The notes under the pieces were generated by a model. The model ran no database searches and was not told the origin of the DNA. It was given only the letters and a program-made list of their open reading frames with translations. This document shows, piece by piece, positions 60,619-64,000 of a DNA stretch of 64,000 nucleotides. The first letter of the stretch is position 1. Every line of letters starts with the position of its first letter. Source of the DNA: a virus. The position numbers were made by a program, and so were the translations under genes. The stretch covers positions 1-64,000 of IMG/VR virus record IMGVR_UViG_3300036792_000363; one strand, given 5' to 3'.

Positions 60619-60903
60619 GCCCGTTACTACGCGGCAGGTGCCGGGAAGAGTCCCTCACGCCAGGCGTCGATGACCGTCAGGTGCTTTTTCTCGTCGTCCT
60701 CCGGGCTGCGGACAACCTCGCCGTTGCGCACCTCGGTAACCAGCTTCATGGTCCACCAGCACCCGGACCCGTCCGCGTACCGGCCGAACTGGACGTCGTA
60801 CAGCCGGTCGTCTTTCGGGGCGTCCTTCAGCCAGAGCAGCGCACCCGCCAGGGCGTCGTTCTCGGCATTCGCGGCATTGCTCATGCCCGTTACTACGCGG
60901 CAG
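60615..60903. repeat. 23-bp direct repeat TCATGCCCGTTACTACGCGGCAG flanking one gene
   Basis: Identical copies at 60615-60637 and 60881-60903. Confidence 0.9.
60627..60884 (-). CDS. Hypothetical protein (85 aa)
   Basis: GCGTAGTA-N6-ATG start. Confidence 0.6.
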   Translation of the reverse strand: MSNAANAENDALAGALLWLKDAPKDDRLYDVQFGRYADGSGCWWTMKLVTEVRNGEVVRSPEDDEKKHLTVIDAWREGLFPAPAA

Positions 60904-61582
60904 CCTGATACGCCGCCAGCCGCTCGCGGTAGGCGGGATGGCTCGACGCGAACGCCACCCAGGTCTCCATCCCCCCAGCCCTGTCCTCGACGAACTCCAG
61001 GTAGCGCAGCATGCGGCCCAGGTTCTCGTCGGGCCCGAAGCGGAAGAACTGGCCGTCCCCGGAATGACAGCCCAGGTGCGCCGAGTACAGGAGGCGCTTA
61101 CGGGTGTTGACCCGGCCCATGTGGACCCACAGCCCGCGAAGCCGGGCCTCGGCCACCATCTCGACCACCTCGGCGCTGGCCTTGAACTCGTCGGTGCCGC
61201 CGATGAACAGCACGTCGAACTCGCCCCACGGCAGGTCGGCGCTGGTCCCCCCGTCCTGCACCGCGAGCGCCACCGGGTACCCGATCGAGCGGATGAGCGG
61301 CAGCCACGGGCGGGACAGCGCCAGCGACGCCTCGTGCTCGAACGGGACGTCGGGCGCGACCGCGAACTTGCACCGATCCGCCTGCGGCGCGAAGAGCCGG
61401 AGGAACTGGGTGAACTTCTCGTCGCCCACCCAGCCCTTCCCGAACTTCCCGTTGTCAGCGCACCACGTCACCCCGTCGGGGATCGGGTTGAACTGCTTCG
61501 GGGTGACGATCTGCCCCAGGCGGCCGGCCTTCATCGCGGCGATGATCCGGTCGTTAGTGCAGGTGGTCCCGAAATAAAGCAC
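60893..61582 (-). CDS. dpdA: DpdA-like 7-deazaguanine DNA transglycosylase (TGT fold)
   Basis: WCADNG.F, APDV, AVQDG, LFIGG, HMGRVN, SGDG motifs; adjacent to QueF-like and YhhQ-like genes. Confidence 0.75.
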   Translation of the reverse strand: MLYFGTTCTNDRIIAAMKAGRLGQIVTPKQFNPIPDGVTWCADNGKFGKGWVGDEKFTQFLRLFAPQADRCKFAVAPDVPFEHEASLALSRPWLPLIRSIGYPVALAVQDGGTSADLPWGEFDVLFIGGTDEFKASAEVVEMVAEARLRGLWVHMGRVNTRKRLLYSAHLGCHSGDGQFFRFGPDENLGRMLRYLEFVEDRAGGMETWVAFASSHPAYRERLAAYQAAA

Positions 61583-61838
61583 GCGCCCTGACCTCGACCG
61601 CCCACGGCCCGGTGCTCCAGGTGGTGACCACCTCCGAGCCCTCGGGCACCAGGGCCGCCACCTCGCGGGTGAAGTCCTCGTGGGTGATGGGCTCGGTCGT
61701 CAGGGCGTCGATGCGCGCGCCCAGCTCGTGCAGCTCCGGGGCCTCGTCGGCGTCGATCGTGATGACAAGCTCGCCGACGTCGGTCTCGTTCTTGAAAGGG
61801 CAGGTCTTGACGACCTGCCGGCGCAGGGTGACGTTCAC
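61554..61838 (-). CDS. QueF-like T-fold protein (preQ0 reductase or amidinotransferase)
   Basis: CP....D.G.L.I...EL........THE conserves the QueF Cys, Asp, Glu and HE residues. Confidence 0.75.
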   Translation of the reverse strand: MNVTLRRQVVKTCPFKNETDVGELVITIDADEAPELHELGARIDALTTEPITHEDFTREVAALVPEGSEVVTTWSTGPWAVEVRARALFRDHLH

Positions 61839-62395
61839 GCGGGCATCGCCACAGGGCCGGTCCTGCGCAGGCCCCACACCACCGGCACGGCCGCCAGCTG
61901 CACCCAGACCTTGCCGAGGACGAGCCCGGCGACGGCCGCCTCCCCCGAAGGCAGGTTAGCCAGGTGCAGGAAGACCACCGAGTCGACCACGGCGGCCACG
62001 CAGCCGGAGGCCAGCACGGCGGGGACGAGCCAGCGGCGCTGCAGCGGGGTGTAGATCAGGAAGTCGGCGCTCTCCGAGCACAGGTAGGTCAGCCCCGACG
62101 CCAAGGCGATGTGCGGGCTGCTGACGCCGTAGGAGACGGCCGCGCCCACCACGATGGCGGCCACCCCGAGCCAGCGGCCGCCGATCCGCTGGGTGACGTC
62201 GCGGGCGGGGAAGCTGACCGCGGCGGCCCAGACGCCCGACGGGGCCAGCAGGCCGAAGCCGACGTAGGTCAGGTGGGTGCCCGGCCCGGCGGGGATCCCG
62301 ACGTACGTGATCAGGTAGTTGGAGAGGACGATGGCGGCCACGTAGACGCCGAACGCAGCCGCGGCCCAGGGCCAGGTCTCTTTGATTTTGGGCAT
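61835..62395 (-). CDS. yhhQ: VUT-family (YhhQ-like) queuosine precursor transporter
   Basis: SNY, PSG...FPARD..Q, ALAS...L.SE..DF.IY..L, VDS.VFL, GK. Confidence 0.88.
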   Translation of the reverse strand: MPKIKETWPWAAAAFGVYVAAIVLSNYLITYVGIPAGPGTHLTYVGFGLLAPSGVWAAAVSFPARDVTQRIGGRWLGVAAIVVGAAVSYGVSSPHIALASGLTYLCSESADFLIYTPLQRRWLVPAVLASGCVAAVVDSVVFLHLANLPSGEAAVAGLVLGKVWVQLAAVPVVWGLRRTGPVAMPA

Positions 62396-62441
62396 GAGTG
62401 TCTCCCGGTAGAGGGCTGATGCTCTCTATTACGGGCGAAGG

Positions 62442-63023
62442 TCAGATGCCCGGGTCCGTGGGGAAGCTCTGGGCGTTGACGTCGAAGAACTGCATGTCGA
62501 GCTGGTCGCGGTCGGCCGGGCCCACCAGGACCATCCGGCCCTCCTCGGGGTCCCACTTGATCCGCGCCAGGTCGTCCTTGGCGAAGTGCTCGAAGCCGGT
62601 GATCTGCCCGTAGAACACGCCGGCCAGGGACTGGCGCCGCGCCAGCCGCCGGATCGCCAGGTCGAACATGTCGACCCCGGTCTTCTCCGACGTCACTTCG
62701 ATCGCCTGCGCGTTGCGGGCCATCTCCTGGATCGGCTTGCTGTAGGAGTAGGACCCGATCTCCTCGGCCTGCAGCGGGTTGGCCATCACCTGCTGGTAGG
62801 GCCAGCGCAGGTACAGCCAGTCGGCCATCGCCATCACGCCCATGTTGGCGAGCAGCTGGTAGTCGGCGCTCAGCCCGCCGTAGTCGTCCGCCCCCAGCTC
62901 CGACAGGATCGTGAACATGATCGCGGCCTGCAGCAGCGCCGAGTTGGCGTACCCGGTGTAGCTGGTCACCGGCCGGCCAGAGTAGTTGGCAAGCTCGGCG
63001 ACGGTGGGGACCGGCCAGGGCAT
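62442..63023 (-). CDS. Head-tail connector/adaptor protein
   Basis: PTVAELA, EEIGSYSYS motif; position. Confidence 0.75.
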   Translation of the reverse strand: MPWPVPTVAELANYSGRPVTSYTGYANSALLQAAIMFTILSELGADDYGGLSADYQLLANMGVMAMADWLYLRWPYQQVMANPLQAEEIGSYSYSKPIQEMARNAQAIEVTSEKTGVDMFDLAIRRLARRQSLAGVFYGQITGFEHFAKDDLARIKWDPEEGRMVLVGPADRDQLDMQFFDVNAQSFPTDPGI

Positions 63024-63757
63024 CAGCCCTCCTGCCGCGCGAAGGCCAGCCGCGCCAGCTCGTGCCCCTCGTCGAGCACCAGCGCGCCGCCGTCAGCCCT
63101 GGCCGCCATGTGCTGCGCGTGCACCTGGCTGCCGACGTTGGCCCACAGCACCTGCACCCGGCCGTCGCCGCTGCCCCGCGCGCCCATCGGCACCACCGCT
63201 GCCTGGTGCCCTTCGGAGTCGGTGACGAACAGGTTGAAGTCGGCGCGCTTGAACGTCTCGATGTCGGTGATGGGCGTCGGGTAGTGGTGCACCCCGCCGC
63301 CGTGCGGCAGCACCCCCGAGTGCAGGCCCGCGGGCATCGGCACGCTGGCGTTGCAGATGCTGTCGGTCCACCTCGCGACCCCGGCCGCGTCCGTGATCGG
63401 GGCGGCCAGCAGGTCAGCGATCCCCAGTTCGCTCACCGCGCCGGGGAAGGCGGCGTACAGCCTGGACGCGTTGAGGCGAAGCTGGTCAACTCTGGACGGA
63501 TCTGCGCAGAACTGGGCGCTCCACTCGATGCCGGCCAGGTTGCGGACGAAGAACCAGCCGCCGGAGTCCTTCAGCCACAGGCCGCCGCCGTGGTGGTCCT
63601 GGATGGGCGGCGGGCCGTAGTAGGTGCCGTCGCCGACCAGGTGGTGCAGCTCCGCCCGCGAGGCCTGGTACTCCGGGGAGTCGGTCCGGGGCGGGTGGTC
63701 GGGGATCTCGATGTCCCAGCCGTGGTCCTCGTGCTCGGTGTGGGTGCCCTCGCTCAT
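63023..63757 (-). CDS. Uncharacterised His-rich putative metalloprotein
   Basis: HPPRTDSPEY, DHHGGG, H.G...GGVHHYP.P. Confidence 0.6.
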   Translation of the reverse strand: MSEGTHTEHEDHGWDIEIPDHPPRTDSPEYQASRAELHHLVGDGTYYGPPPIQDHHGGGLWLKDSGGWFFVRNLAGIEWSAQFCADPSRVDQLRLNASRLYAAFPGAVSELGIADLLAAPITDAAGVARWTDSICNASVPMPAGLHSGVLPHGGGVHHYPTPITDIETFKRADFNLFVTDSEGHQAAVVPMGARGSGDGRVQVLWANVGSQVHAQHMAARADGGALVLDEGHELARLAFARQEG

Positions 63758-63781
63758 GACCGTTGAATCGGAGAGGCTTCG

Positions 63782-64000
63782 CTAGTCTGCGCCCATGAAC
63801 GCCAGGAACGCCGACGGGTTGCCGGGAGCGGGGCCGACGGTCAGCTCCGCCTGGTCCATGGTGACGGAGATGACCGTCGTGGAGCCGATCTCCGGGACCT
63901 GGAGGTAGGCCGCGACGCGGACGGTGTTAGGCGGGCACAGGTAGCTCACGCTGTACCGGGTGGGCGTGCCGGTCAGCGTGGTGAAGTTGGTGTCGGACTC
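63782..64000 (-). CDS. C-terminal part of a probable virion protein (runs off the window)
   Basis: Open frame ...TRYSVSYLCPPNTVRVAAYLQV...DQAELTVG...AFMGAD*, carbohydrate-binding-like beta pattern. Confidence 0.55.
   Translation of the reverse strand, partial: ESDTNFTTLTGTPTRYSVSYLCPPNTVRVAAYLQVPEIGSTTVISVTMDQAELTVGPAPGNPSAFLAFMGAD

Larger units (their letters stand above)
1..64000 (-). mobile_element. Segment of a large tailed actinobacteriophage (siphovirus-like) genome or prophage
   Basis: Co-oriented minus-strand head-tail, tail, tape measure and lysis genes in canonical siphovirus order, followed by many short hypothetical genes; no host housekeeping genes; very high GC and actinobacterial-type promoters. 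Confidence 0.95.

Noticed and set aside
1-64000. tRNA, tmRNA or rRNA genes; integrase and attP
   Set aside because: No cloverleaf with a T-loop consensus or recombinase motifs were found by eye; a tRNAscan-SE/ARAGORN run would be needed to exclude them fully

Overview
The whole window is part of one large, very GC-rich tailed (siphovirus-type) actinobacteriophage genome. No host housekeeping genes, integrase, replication genes, tRNAs or CRISPR array are recognisable. Almost all genes are on the minus strand. From right to left: head-tail joining genes (capsid, portal and terminase probably lie beyond base 64000) interrupted by a 7-deazaguanine DNA-modification salvage module (YhhQ-like transporter, QueF-like enzyme, DpdA-like transglycosylase) and a SLOG protein; a glycosyltransferase and an Lsr2-like protein; a lysis block with three hydrolases; major tail protein, frameshifting tail chaperone, ~2700-aa tape measure, distal tail, an endonuclease VII-type gene and a 2077-aa tail tip/fibre protein. 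At the distal end of the tail module sits an oppositely oriented two-gene operon encoding a globin-FAD/NAD(P)H oxidoreductase and a bacterial-type nitric oxide synthase oxygenase, the most striking feature of the window. Next come a chorismate-lyase-like gene, a non-coding block, and a Streptomyces-plasmid-type conjugative transfer module (GntR/KorSA-like repressor, HTH, SpdA-like, TraB/FtsK-like). The left ~21 kb is an array of short early-type genes in terminator-promoter-gene cassettes. These share a palindromic operator (CTTGACT-N2-AGTCAAG) over the -35 box and a conserved leader, and include an ECF sigma factor and a promoter- and terminator-bounded structured RNA whose terminal loop is antisense to that leader. 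Two further start-associated motifs (GCGTAGTA-N6-ATG and CCGATYNN-N6-start) suggest middle and late promoter classes. All family assignments come from motif recognition by eye, not from database searches.
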